48,506 bases of DNA from Patescibacteria group bacterium. Its GTDB lineage: Bacteria > Patescibacteriota > Patescibacteriia > Patescibacteriales > CAYMCJ01. The position numbers and the translations under genes are program-made. Each line of letters starts with the position of its first letter. Within the stretch, counting starts at the first letter, position 1. Where the stretch lies: assembly GCA_043815345.1 (NCBI GenBank), contig JBDRJA010000131.1, positions 1 to 48,506 on the forward strand. The letters are read 5' to 3'. A model generated the notes under the pieces. The model saw only the letters and a list, made by a program, of their open reading frames with translations, had not been told where the DNA came from and did not search any database. Shown piece after piece: positions 1-9,147 of the stretch.

Positions 1-11
1 AAATAATAATC

Positions 12-755
12 TTATTTGCGAACAGCCTTTTTTTTATTAATTTTTTTAATACTAGCTTTTATTTTATTTTTATTTTTATATAATAATTCTGCCATTACCC
101 ATTCTTCTGGAGAATCTAAATCTACTGAACGCCATTTAGGGCAAACAACTGCTTTAGTCTTTTTAGTTAAAATCAATTTTTCTTTAAGCAAGGCTTCAGT
201 ATTAATAATATAGACAAAACAGCCGTTTTGCAGATAGGCCGGCTTTAATTTTTGCGTATCATTTGACCGCCCCTCCTGTCCATTTACTAAAATCATATCG
301 TTTTTAGGGCTTAGGTGATAAAGCTTTGGATGAGTCGGGCAGACTGTTAATACTGTAGTCGCGTCAGTATTTTCATACATTTCCCAGCAATCCATAATAT
401 CCTTCATCTCCCTTAAGGGGCTTGTTGTCTGTAAGATCATCACATGTGTCGGTACATAACCTTCGTCTTTTTTTAGTTTTTTTAAGACATGAAAAAGGCT
501 ATAGATATAAAGCGAGCCGTCTTGAGCTAAATGAGCCGGACGTAGGAAAGGCACTTCCGCCCCATACTTTTTGGCTATTTTAGCAATTTCAGGAGAGTTA
601 GTGTCAACCATGTAACGGTCAATAATCGGACAGGCTAAACCTTGCTCAATAGTATAAGCAATCAAAGGTTTTCCTAAAAAATCTCTGATATTTTTATTAG
701 GAATTCTTTTTGATCCGGAGCGAGCCGGAGTAATAGCTAATACTTCTTTTCGCAT
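12..755 (-). CDS. Nonulosonate (acylneuraminate) cytidylyltransferase family protein, CMP-sugar synthetase (NeuA/LegF/PseF-like)
   Basis: 247-aa ORF. The N-terminus AITPARSGSKRIPNKNIRDFLGKPLIAYTI is the signature of the CMP-NeuAc synthetase (CTP_transf_3) fold. It is the last gene of the sugar-amidotransferase module. Confidence 0.8.
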   Translation of the reverse strand: MRKEVLAITPARSGSKRIPNKNIRDFLGKPLIAYTIEQGLACPIIDRYMVDTNSPEIAKIAKKYGAEVPFLRPAHLAQDGSLYIYSLFHVLKKLKKDEGYVPTHVMILQTTSPLREMKDIMDCWEMYENTDATTVLTVCPTHPKLYHLSPKNDMILVNGQEGRSNDTQKLKPAYLQNGCFVYIINTEALLKEKLILTKKTKAVVCPKWRSVDLDSPEEWVMAELLYKNKNKIKASIKKINKKKAVRK

Positions 756-845
756 AATTTTATTTATTAATTTTTAAATATTTAAACTCTTAATAAATTA
801 AATGGATAGCTACAAGAGAAAATAAATTCCCTGCAGCTATCATGC

Positions 846-1814
846 TCATAAAACAACTTTTTCTTTTTTTTGATATAAAAACTGCCAAATATCTTCCTTA
901 ATAAGAATAAACGCTCCTAAATATAGTATCATTCCTATTAGTTGGGCTATTCCAAATGTTTCCTGTAAAAAAATTACTCCTAATAAAACGGCTAAAAAAA
1001 GAAATGTGCCTCTAACCACCAGCATCTTCATAGCGATAAATACATTCTTATATTTATAGCTAGTGATATTACATACCCACTGGCCTACTACCAGAGCGCC
1101 AAGAACAATAGATAGCATCCAGAGCAAAGGGTAGGGAGGGTCAGTGCTAACCAGTAAAGACAAGTTGCCTCTTGCTGTTAAAATTAGCAATGCCAGCATA
1201 ACTACCATTGATCCGCCGAGAATATTCATTACTAGAGGGCTAGTGGTGTCTTTTATCTTAAAACTTATTCCCTGAATAGCGGCGGCAAAAAAGGAAGCTA
1301 CAATTGACAACCAGATCCATAAAGGAAGCATCCTCATAGCATTTATCCCGCCAATTTCTGGCCAGTTAAACATAGAATAAGTAGCTAAAATAGCTACCCC
1401 AATACCTATAAATTGGCGTTTACTAAATTCTTTTTTAAACCAAAAACGATCTAAAACAGCGCCCGGAATTATAGATAAACTAAAAATAAAAGAAAAAATT
1501 ATCATCTTTCCGCCCAAGTTAAAAACAACAAATGCTAGAATATCAATAAAGAATATTACAATTCCAAACAAGCTTAACCAAAAAAAATCTCTCCTCCTGT
1601 AAAACAGTTTTTCTCCCCTGATCCAAGCAATAATTAAGCTTATTAGAACTTGAAAAAGACTTAGCGCTAGAACCATTATTATTACCTGATCAATAATTTC
1701 CATCTTCAATCCAGCTTTCTTCATTATCAGTAAAGATATAGCGCCGGCGACTGCTTCTCCCCATGCCCAGTAAATCCAAGATCCTTTAGTTTTTTTCTTT
1801 AATTTTTTATTCAT
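846..1814 (-). CDS. Polytopic membrane protein, about 10 TM helices, possibly DMT/EamA-like transporter
   Basis: 322-aa ORF made almost entirely of hydrophobic helices. Strong SD (AAGGAGGT) sits 3 nt upstream of the ATG at 1814. Family assignment is weak. Confidence 0.5.
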   Translation of the reverse strand: MNKKLKKKTKGSWIYWAWGEAVAGAISLLIMKKAGLKMEIIDQVIIMVLALSLFQVLISLIIAWIRGEKLFYRRRDFFWLSLFGIVIFFIDILAFVVFNLGGKMIIFSFIFSLSIIPGAVLDRFWFKKEFSKRQFIGIGVAILATYSMFNWPEIGGINAMRMLPLWIWLSIVASFFAAAIQGISFKIKDTTSPLVMNILGGSMVVMLALLILTARGNLSLLVSTDPPYPLLWMLSIVLGALVVGQWVCNITSYKYKNVFIAMKMLVVRGTFLFLAVLLGVIFLQETFGIAQLIGMILYLGAFILIKEDIWQFLYQKKEKVVL

Positions 1815-1853
1815 GTTACCTCCTTGTTATTTTAAAGGTCGTATATTTAAACA

Positions 1854-2843
1854 TTATCTATTTACTTTTTTAAATACTATTCTCTGATGGCTGCTAATCT
1901 TCTGTTTATCTATAACCGCCTGCATTAACGGAATAAAGTCTTTTAATTTTTCTAAATAATCATAGTTATCATCATAAACTTTCATAGACAAATAATCAAC
2001 CACGTCAAGCCCATAATAATCAATTGAATAAACTTCAAATCCAGTCTTTACTGCTAAATAATCCAAAGACTTTTTATCAAAAAAACATAAATGAATAAAA
2101 GGATATATATTATTTTGTCGTCCTTCTTGTAAAACAAAAGATAAAGAATGAATATTCGGGGTATAGGCTAAAACAAAACCGCCGGATACCAGTTTTTCAT
2201 TTAACATTTTAAACATCTTAATCGGATCTCTTAAATGCTCTAAAACATCAAACAAGGTTATAATATTATAATGATTATTGGGTTCATTTTCAAGATCGCT
2301 TTTAGCTACATTTAATTTTTTCTCTCGGCAAATATCTACTAAAAAATCCGCCAGCTCTAGGCCTTTATATTTTATTCCTTTATCTTGTAAATGATCTAAG
2401 AAATATCCCGGCCCGCAGCCTACGTCTAAAAGATTTATTTCATTTTTCGGAATTTTAATTTTTTCTAAAATATAATTTAATCTTTCAGTAGCGTAAATTT
2501 TTTTTCTATATTCATAATTATTTATAACGTCATTTTTTACATCTTCAAGGGCTGTGTCACTATCATAAACTTTCTTTTCGTCTACTAATTCTAAATTAAC
2601 ATTAGGCGACACCATCCCGCATGTTTGGCATTCAAAAAGAAAATAGTCTTTATATTTGAGAAATTCAAAGCCCTCTTTGCCGCCGCATAAAATGCATTTA
2701 AATTCATTCGGCTTTCTAACGGCATTCGTAAATAACCCCATTATATAGCGTCGATACTCAAGCGCATTTTTATAAAAATTATTATCCCTTGATTTTTTCG
2801 GATCTATATTGAAAATTTTATAACCCTTTAATATGTCTCTCAT
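1854..2843 (-). CDS. Class I SAM-dependent methyltransferase with N-terminal Cys4 zinc ribbon
   Basis: CILCGG...CQTCGM zinc ribbon is followed by the SAM motif I LLDVGCGPGYF and FDVLEHL. The architecture resembles sugar C-/O-methyltransferases found in glycan loci. Confidence 0.75.
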   Translation of the reverse strand: MRDILKGYKIFNIDPKKSRDNNFYKNALEYRRYIMGLFTNAVRKPNEFKCILCGGKEGFEFLKYKDYFLFECQTCGMVSPNVNLELVDEKKVYDSDTALEDVKNDVINNYEYRKKIYATERLNYILEKIKIPKNEINLLDVGCGPGYFLDHLQDKGIKYKGLELADFLVDICREKKLNVAKSDLENEPNNHYNIITLFDVLEHLRDPIKMFKMLNEKLVSGGFVLAYTPNIHSLSFVLQEGRQNNIYPFIHLCFFDKKSLDYLAVKTGFEVYSIDYYGLDVVDYLSMKVYDDNYDYLEKLKDFIPLMQAVIDKQKISSHQRIVFKKVNR

Positions 2844-2850
2844 AAATTTA

Positions 2851-4107
2851 TTAACTAACTTGATGTTTTAATCTCCATTCCCCGGCCTTTTTTTCCCATA
2901 AATGCGGAGAACGGAATTGATCAGCTAACTCCATAAAATAATCTCTATCCATTATCGGGTGCTTAAACATTTTTGAAGCTATAGGAAATTCATTTTTATC
3001 TATGCTTAAATATTTATATACTTCTTCGGAAAATCTTTCAGGATATTCGTGCTCAAACCTTTTTACTAAAGCCACTCCTTCTTCCCTGGTTATATCACCG
3101 GAACGAATTTCTTGGGAAGCGTCATAAGTAGCCCGGCCAATACCGAATTTTATTAAAGTTGTAAAATAATGAAAATCATCAATTTTATCATCAATACTGT
3201 TGTACTTGCTGTAAGTCCCGGAAGTTCTTTCGGGCGACGCCTGAAAATCACCATGTTCTTGAGCGTAATAATAGCAGGCTTGAGGGTGCCACTTTAAATA
3301 ATAGCCCAAATAATGAACTTCAATCTTTTTCTTTTTTAGTTCTTCTGGATTGGCTGGCATATAAGGTTGTAAATCATATTCTCCAACGCTATATTTTTCT
3401 TTTAAATCTTTCAAGGAAATTCCGCCCAAAAATATTTTTGATTTGTCTTTAGATGTAAAATAAGACCAATCGCGTAGAGCTTTTTCCATATCGGCCACTG
3501 GATTACCATACTCGGCTTCATGTTCTCCATAAAATACCAAAGGTATATTGTATAAAGCCGCCATTTTAGGCGCTAAAGATTTCTGGCCGATTATAAAGGG
3601 TTGGAAAGGATGGAAAAGATTCTGCACCGCTAATCTAGTTAAGAGACGGTGTATCTTGCCATTTGGGGTAAATAGTATATTATCTAATCCCGAATGAATC
3701 CAGGCCTGAAAATTTTGCCAGCCCCAATCAGTATAAATATGAGGCGCCCAGGTAACTGTTAAGGGGTGCATTTTATATTTATATTTTAAAATATGCGTTG
3801 TATAAAAACTATCCTTACCGCCAGACCCGGGGATAAGGCAATCGTAAGATCCGTCATCTTTACGATAACGATCGCAAAGCGCTTTTAATTCTTCTTCCCG
3901 CTCATGCCAATCAATATTTTTCTTTTTTTCAGCCACCCGGCAAGCGTCACATACTCCTTCTTCATTAAAGTTAATAGTCTGCTTCTTAGAATCTTTAGTA
4001 TGTTCATACTCAACCGCCGAATTAGGTCTTTGGTTTGAAATAACACACTTTTTACAGAATTTTACTTCGGACGGCAAGCCGTATTTTGTTTTAATTTTAT
4101 TACTCAT
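2851..4107 (-). CDS. N-acetyl sugar amidotransferase (PP-loop ATP pyrophosphatase; WbpG/WbuX/PseA family)
   Basis: 418 aa. PP-loop motif PGSGGKDS and N-terminal Cys pairs (CKKC, CDAC). Sits immediately downstream of hisH/hisF paralogues with a 4-nt ATGA overlap. Confidence 0.85.
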   Translation of the reverse strand: MSNKIKTKYGLPSEVKFCKKCVISNQRPNSAVEYEHTKDSKKQTINFNEEGVCDACRVAEKKKNIDWHEREEELKALCDRYRKDDGSYDCLIPGSGGKDSFYTTHILKYKYKMHPLTVTWAPHIYTDWGWQNFQAWIHSGLDNILFTPNGKIHRLLTRLAVQNLFHPFQPFIIGQKSLAPKMAALYNIPLVFYGEHEAEYGNPVADMEKALRDWSYFTSKDKSKIFLGGISLKDLKEKYSVGEYDLQPYMPANPEELKKKKIEVHYLGYYLKWHPQACYYYAQEHGDFQASPERTSGTYSKYNSIDDKIDDFHYFTTLIKFGIGRATYDASQEIRSGDITREEGVALVKRFEHEYPERFSEEVYKYLSIDKNEFPIASKMFKHPIMDRDYFMELADQFRSPHLWEKKAGEWRLKHQVS

Positions 4108-4748
4108 AATAAACTTATAAAATCCCTTATTATTTTAAGGCCCACTGGCCCGCTTTTTTCCGGATGAAACTGGCATCCGTAAACATTGCCCTTGCGCACA
4201 GAACTGCAGAATTTATGATCTCCGTAAATCGTAATAGATAATACATTCTTCTTCGCCACTGGTTTTAAAATATATGAATGCACAAAATATACTTGATCTT
4301 TTTCTTTTATAGATTTTAATATGGTATTAGCCCAGGCATTTTTGTCAGGTGGAGAAATTCTATTCCAGCCAATATGCGGTATTTTTTCTTCTTTAACTAA
4401 ATTAGGAAATTTAACAACCTCGCCTTTAATTATATCTAACCCGCTAACAACACCGAACTCATGACCTTTGCTTAATAGAAGTTGAGCGCCTAGGCATATG
4501 CCTAGAATAGGTTTATTCGCACTGGCGATTTCTTTTACAATCTTAACTAATCCCCTTACTTCAAGACCTCTCATGCCAGCTTTGAAAGACCCCACGCCTG
4601 GTAAAATTACTCCGTCTGCTTTCTTTATCACTTCTTCATCTTCGGAAATAATAATATCAGCGTTAAGATGCTTAAAAGCTCTAGATAAACTATATAAATT
4701 ACCTACCCCGTAATCAATAATTACAATTCTGGATTTTTTCATAGTCAT
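4104..4748 (-). CDS. hisH: Imidazole glycerol phosphate synthase HisH-like glutamine amidotransferase (glycan-locus paralogue, WbuY-like)
   Basis: IVIIDYGVGNLYSL, catalytic Cys in GICLGAQLL, and His/Glu in QFHPEKS. 4-nt overlaps with both neighbours. Confidence 0.85.
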   Translation of the reverse strand: MTMKKSRIVIIDYGVGNLYSLSRAFKHLNADIIISEDEEVIKKADGVILPGVGSFKAGMRGLEVRGLVKIVKEIASANKPILGICLGAQLLLSKGHEFGVVSGLDIIKGEVVKFPNLVKEEKIPHIGWNRISPPDKNAWANTILKSIKEKDQVYFVHSYILKPVAKKNVLSITIYGDHKFCSSVRKGNVYGCQFHPEKSGPVGLKIIRDFISLL

Positions 4749-5506
4749 GGTATTCTAACATTAATATTTTTTCTTTTCAAAAAATTCTTAATTTTTTTTA
4801 CAGTAAATTCTTTATAATGCAAAATTGATGATACGCCCAGAGCGTCCGCTCTTCCCTCTTTAACCGCCTGCTCTAAAGAATCTAAACTACCTGCTCCGCC
4901 ATGAGCTATTACTGGTATTGGCGCTAGCTGGTTAATTTTTTTTAATAAATCAATGTCGTATCCATCTCTAGTGCCATCCTTATCAATTGATGAAATTAAT
5001 ATCTCCCCGACGCCCAATTTGACTGCTCTTTTAGCCCAAGAAATTACTTCTAACCCGGTCCTTTCTCTGCCGCCGTCAGTATAGACTTCATAGCTGCCGT
5101 CAGTTTGCTTTTTAGCTTCAATAAATAAAACTATACATTGTGACCCAAACTCTCTAATGGCTTTATTAATAAACTCTGGCTCCTTTACTAGATGGGTATT
5201 AATGGCCACTTTATCGGCTCCAGATCGCAAGGCATTATTTATATCCTGGATAGTTCTTACGCCCCCGCCAGCTGTGACCGGTATAAAAATATCTTTAGTG
5301 ACTGATTTTAATAATTTGAAATCTAGATTACGTTGATACAGGCTAGCCACAATATCAAGGTAAATTATCTCGTCCGCGCCTGCTTGATAATAACGTACGG
5401 CTAGTTCTTTAGGATTACCCACAACTCGCAGCGCCTCAGTTTGTATAGGCTTAACTACATTCGGCCCCTTTATATCTAGTCTTGGAATAATTCTTATATT
5501 TTTCAT
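4745..5506 (-). CDS. hisF: Imidazole glycerol phosphate synthase HisF-like cyclase subunit (glycan-locus paralogue, WbuZ-like)
   Basis: RIIPRLDIKG...DEIIYLDI...GGGVRT...GADKVAINT...IAHGGAG are classic HisF TIM-barrel motifs. Confidence 0.85.
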   Translation of the reverse strand: MKNIRIIPRLDIKGPNVVKPIQTEALRVVGNPKELAVRYYQAGADEIIYLDIVASLYQRNLDFKLLKSVTKDIFIPVTAGGGVRTIQDINNALRSGADKVAINTHLVKEPEFINKAIREFGSQCIVLFIEAKKQTDGSYEVYTDGGRERTGLEVISWAKRAVKLGVGEILISSIDKDGTRDGYDIDLLKKINQLAPIPVIAHGGAGSLDSLEQAVKEGRADALGVSSILHYKEFTVKKIKNFLKRKNINVRIP

Positions 5507-6949
5507 TTATTTCTTAGAATTATCTCTAGTATAATGCCTAGCTCCTCTAAACTTAGTTATCTTGCCGCTATATAAATCAGCTAATTGTTGAATTAACCAT
5601 CTAGCCTCGTCCATGTCTCCTTTTGTGTGTTTATAATGATCAAGTATTAAATCAGTGTTTATCTCTAAAAGCAACTCATAGGCTTTTTTGTCCGGCATAT
5701 CCATAATATTTATTAACATCAAATCTGAATTTTTAAATTTTTTAAAAAAATCCTCTGGCCCCTTTAACTTGCCTTGATCAATTAATTTATAATACAGATC
5801 CGAACCCGGATACGGAGTTACTGGCCTAATAGTACGGCATTGATAATAGGTATTATACTCTTTTATAAATTTGACGTTTCGCCTTAAGGTGCGTTCGTCA
5901 TCCCCTAAATTATTCCAGATAAAATTTAAACCCATACCAACGCCGCCGATATCTTTAATTAATTTAAGAACTTCTATATTCTTTTTAACGGTTGTATTTT
6001 TATTCATTAATTGTAAAACTTTGTCGTCGCTTGACTCAAAACCAATACAAATAAATTGGCAACCGCACCTTTTTAAAATCTCCACAATTTCTTTATCCAT
6101 TATATCAACCCGGGCGTCACAAAGAAATTTAATTTTTAAATTATTATCTTTTAACGCTTGTTCAAATTCTAGAAGCCGTTCTTTGCTAAAAACAAATAAT
6201 TCATCCTCAAAAAGATAGCAGTTAATTCCGTATTTTTCATATAATATTTTTAATTCTTCAATTACATTCTTTATGCTCCTTGCTCTAATTCCTTTTTCCA
6301 TCCGATAACAAAAATTGCACCTATTGATACAGCCTCGGCTAGTAATTATTACCAGACTCTTTTCATGCGGCTCCTGATTATACATCCGGCTACAAGTTGT
6401 ATATTTATCCATGGGGAATATTTCCCAAAGGGGCATTGGAATTTCGTCTAAATTGGTAACTAATTTATTTTGACCGGTTAATTTTAATTCGTTATTATCT
6501 AAATACGCTATTCCTTTTACTTTAGATAAATCGCCGTTTTTGACTTTGCATTCAAGCAGGTCAACAATGGTATTTTCGGCTTCTCCTATGGCTATTATAT
6601 CGGCTTTAGTTTTTTTAAGCATATATTCGGGAATGGGCGAAGGGCCATGGCCGCCAAGGACAAACCAAGCAGTTTTCTTGTTTTCATTAATAACTTTACA
6701 TAAATCTATAATAGTCTCTTTAAATCTCGCTGCTAAAAAACCCAGGCAGATCAAATCATAATTATTTTTTTGTAAAAAATCTGCTAACTGTTGGTTAGTA
6801 TAATGGAACACATCCATGGAATAAGCTTCTACATGAGCGCCATTCTTATTAAGCATTGCCGCCAAATATGCAGGGCCTAAAGGAAAATGATTATCTTCCT
6901 GATAAAGATCATGAATTATAAATAATACTTTATTATTTTTAGTAAACAT
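5507..6949 (-). CDS. B12-binding-domain radical SAM protein (class B rSAM), paralogue 1
   Basis: N-terminal Rossmann-like B12-binding region (VLFIIHD...IAIGEAENT) and CxxxCxxC in SRGCINRCNFCY. Confidence 0.85.
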   Translation of the reverse strand: MFTKNNKVLFIIHDLYQEDNHFPLGPAYLAAMLNKNGAHVEAYSMDVFHYTNQQLADFLQKNNYDLICLGFLAARFKETIIDLCKVINENKKTAWFVLGGHGPSPIPEYMLKKTKADIIAIGEAENTIVDLLECKVKNGDLSKVKGIAYLDNNELKLTGQNKLVTNLDEIPMPLWEIFPMDKYTTCSRMYNQEPHEKSLVIITSRGCINRCNFCYRMEKGIRARSIKNVIEELKILYEKYGINCYLFEDELFVFSKERLLEFEQALKDNNLKIKFLCDARVDIMDKEIVEILKRCGCQFICIGFESSDDKVLQLMNKNTTVKKNIEVLKLIKDIGGVGMGLNFIWNNLGDDERTLRRNVKFIKEYNTYYQCRTIRPVTPYPGSDLYYKLIDQGKLKGPEDFFKKFKNSDLMLINIMDMPDKKAYELLLEINTDLILDHYKHTKGDMDEARWLIQQLADLYSGKITKFRGARHYTRDNSKK

Positions 6950-6957
6950 ACTAAATC

Positions 6958-8751
6958 TTATTTTCTTAAATTAAACATCTTATAATAATAAGATTCTTTA
7001 TCTTTCAACATCTTGTCTGGCGATCCTTCCTCTACAATTTTTCCGTCTTTTAATATCATTAACTTATCAGAATTAATAACCGTTGACAATCTGTGGGCAA
7101 TAACTAAGACAGTCACTTTATTTTTTAAATTTTCTATAACCCGCTGTATCTTAATTTCTGACTCATTATCCAAGGCGCTGGTGGCTTCGTCTAATATTAA
7201 TATTTTTGGCTGTCTGGCTAAAACCCTGGCTATTACTATGCGCTGACGCTGGCCAACCGAAAGCGACATTCCTCTTTCACCGATAACAGAAGAAAAATTA
7301 TCTGGTAAGCTTTGAATAAAATTATATATATTAGCCATCTTAGCCGCTTCTTCCATTTCTTTATTAGTAATTGATTTATCATAAAATTTAATATTATTGG
7401 CAACAGTATCATTCATTAAAAATATATCCTGCGATACATAGCCAATATTTTTCCTCCATTTTTCCATATTAATGTCGGTAATATTTCGGCTATCCAATAA
7501 AATTTCACCTATAACCGGGTCCAGCAAACGTAAAAATAAATCAACCATGGTGGTTTTCCCAGCTCCTGAAGAACCAATTAATCCGACCATCTCTCCTTTT
7601 TTAATCTTAAAATTTATACCTGATAATACTTGCCTGCCTGATGAATATGAAAAACCGACATTTTTAAATTCTAATTCATTATTAAATTTAAAATTCTCTG
7701 ACCCGCCCTTGGCTTCTTTACTTTCAAGGGCTTGTTCCTGATATTTTAAAACGCTTTTTAAATAAGGGGCGACTTCGTTTGTGGTATGCAGGTTTGCCTG
7801 CAGTTGCTGAAAATATATAAACATTCTCTGAACTAAATATATAATTACCGCCAAAGAAGCGAAGTTAAAGCCGGGCGTTTTATAAGTAAAAGCAAAAATT
7901 AAGCAAATGAAAATTAGGCTTATGGGTTGCATCATTGAACCGCTAATATTCGCCAATAAAAATATTTTAATTTTGAATTTTCTTAACTTATTAAAATACT
8001 CTTTGCCTATATTTTCTACTTTTTCGCCAATCGCCATTGCCTTAACTGTTTTCATGCCAATAATATTTTCATTTACAAAATGCGCAACTTGCTTGTTTAC
8101 AACTTCGGCTTCGGTAGATACTAACCGACTTCTATATATTAAAGGCTTAAAAACAAGAAACAAAATTCCGCCGGTAATAAAAACAATGATAGTAATATAC
8201 AAAGAAATATTAATTGCCACGATTGTATATATTGTTAAAGATGCCAAAATCGTAAGCACCGTGCCAATTTGTTCTAAAAGTATTGATCCAGTTTTAATAT
8301 TTGTCATTAATATAGTTTCTAAATATCCGACTTTTTGCTTAGATAAATACGGCCAGGCAGATTGCAGGGTGGTATGGAATATATTATTTCTTGTTTTTTC
8401 TTCATATTCAGCCGTTATTTTAATTTTTATATAACTAATTATAACTAAAGTAACTGCTCTTATAATAAACATTAATGAGATAAAAATAAGTAAATATTTG
8501 ACGCTAAAATTAATATTTAGAAATGAAAATGCGTTACCGATAAATTGCGATATTGGGTCATCGGCTACTCCACCCTGGCCACCCATAGCAATAGAAAATA
8601 AAGGAATCAACGCATTCACGCCAATTCCTTCTAAAATACCGCCAATAAAGCCTAGCCCGGTTAAAATTATAATTTGCAGCTTGTATTCGCCAAAAGCTTG
8701 CTGCGCTAGTCGTAGTATTATTACTATTCGGCTGTCTTTTAATAGTATCAT
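6958..8751 (-). CDS. ABC transporter, fused permease/ATPase half-transporter (MsbA/PglK-like exporter)
   Basis: Six N-terminal TM helices. Walker A GSSGAGKTT, signature LSVGQRQR, Walker B ILILDEATSALD. Confidence 0.9.
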   Translation of the reverse strand: MILLKDSRIVIILRLAQQAFGEYKLQIIILTGLGFIGGILEGIGVNALIPLFSIAMGGQGGVADDPISQFIGNAFSFLNINFSVKYLLIFISLMFIIRAVTLVIISYIKIKITAEYEEKTRNNIFHTTLQSAWPYLSKQKVGYLETILMTNIKTGSILLEQIGTVLTILASLTIYTIVAINISLYITIIVFITGGILFLVFKPLIYRSRLVSTEAEVVNKQVAHFVNENIIGMKTVKAMAIGEKVENIGKEYFNKLRKFKIKIFLLANISGSMMQPISLIFICLIFAFTYKTPGFNFASLAVIIYLVQRMFIYFQQLQANLHTTNEVAPYLKSVLKYQEQALESKEAKGGSENFKFNNELEFKNVGFSYSSGRQVLSGINFKIKKGEMVGLIGSSGAGKTTMVDLFLRLLDPVIGEILLDSRNITDINMEKWRKNIGYVSQDIFLMNDTVANNIKFYDKSITNKEMEEAAKMANIYNFIQSLPDNFSSVIGERGMSLSVGQRQRIVIARVLARQPKILILDEATSALDNESEIKIQRVIENLKNKVTVLVIAHRLSTVINSDKLMILKDGKIVEEGSPDKMLKDKESYYYKMFNLRK

Positions 8752-8755
8752 CTAT

Positions 8756-9004
8756 TTACCACTTATTAATTTTATTAACGACTTTTTGTTTTATATTTAA
8801 ATATGATCTTACTGCTTTTTTCTCAACCTTGGGCGACACTAGACGCAGTATTTCTTTGCCCAAAATACGATATTGCCCACCAACCTTATTAGCCCTAATA
8901 AACCCATTTTTAAGCATGCGCTTAATAGTACTATTACTTATCTTTAATAGCTCTTGAGTTTCATTAGTGGTATAGACAGCATTTGATTTTATCTCTTGGT
9001 CCAT
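8756..9004 (-). CDS. Small helix-turn-helix DNA-binding protein (excisionase/MerR-type HTH)
   Basis: TTNETQELLKISNSTIKRMLKNGFIRANKVGGQYRI matches the excisionase-family HTH pattern. ATG at 9004 is preferred over the longer ORF to 9055. The stop lies 4 nt before the ABC exporter start. Confidence 0.6.
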   Translation of the reverse strand: MDQEIKSNAVYTTNETQELLKISNSTIKRMLKNGFIRANKVGGQYRILGKEILRLVSPKVEKKAVRSYLNIKQKVVNKINKW

Positions 9005-9147
9005 ATATATTTTGTTATATATATCATTATATATTAGAAGGTCAAAAGGTGTCAATAGGTGTCAAATTCTCATTTTTTATGTAAAAAATCAGTTTATCAT
9101 TAATAAATAATGTAAATTCAAAATACAAAAAATACCAGCCATAACAA

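Noticed and set aside
4104-5506. Histidine biosynthesis operon.
   Set aside because: Only hisH/hisF-like genes are present. They are fused by overlaps to a WbpG/PseA-type amidotransferase, and no hisA/B/C/D/G/I genes are nearby. This is the known glycan-locus paralogue arrangement.
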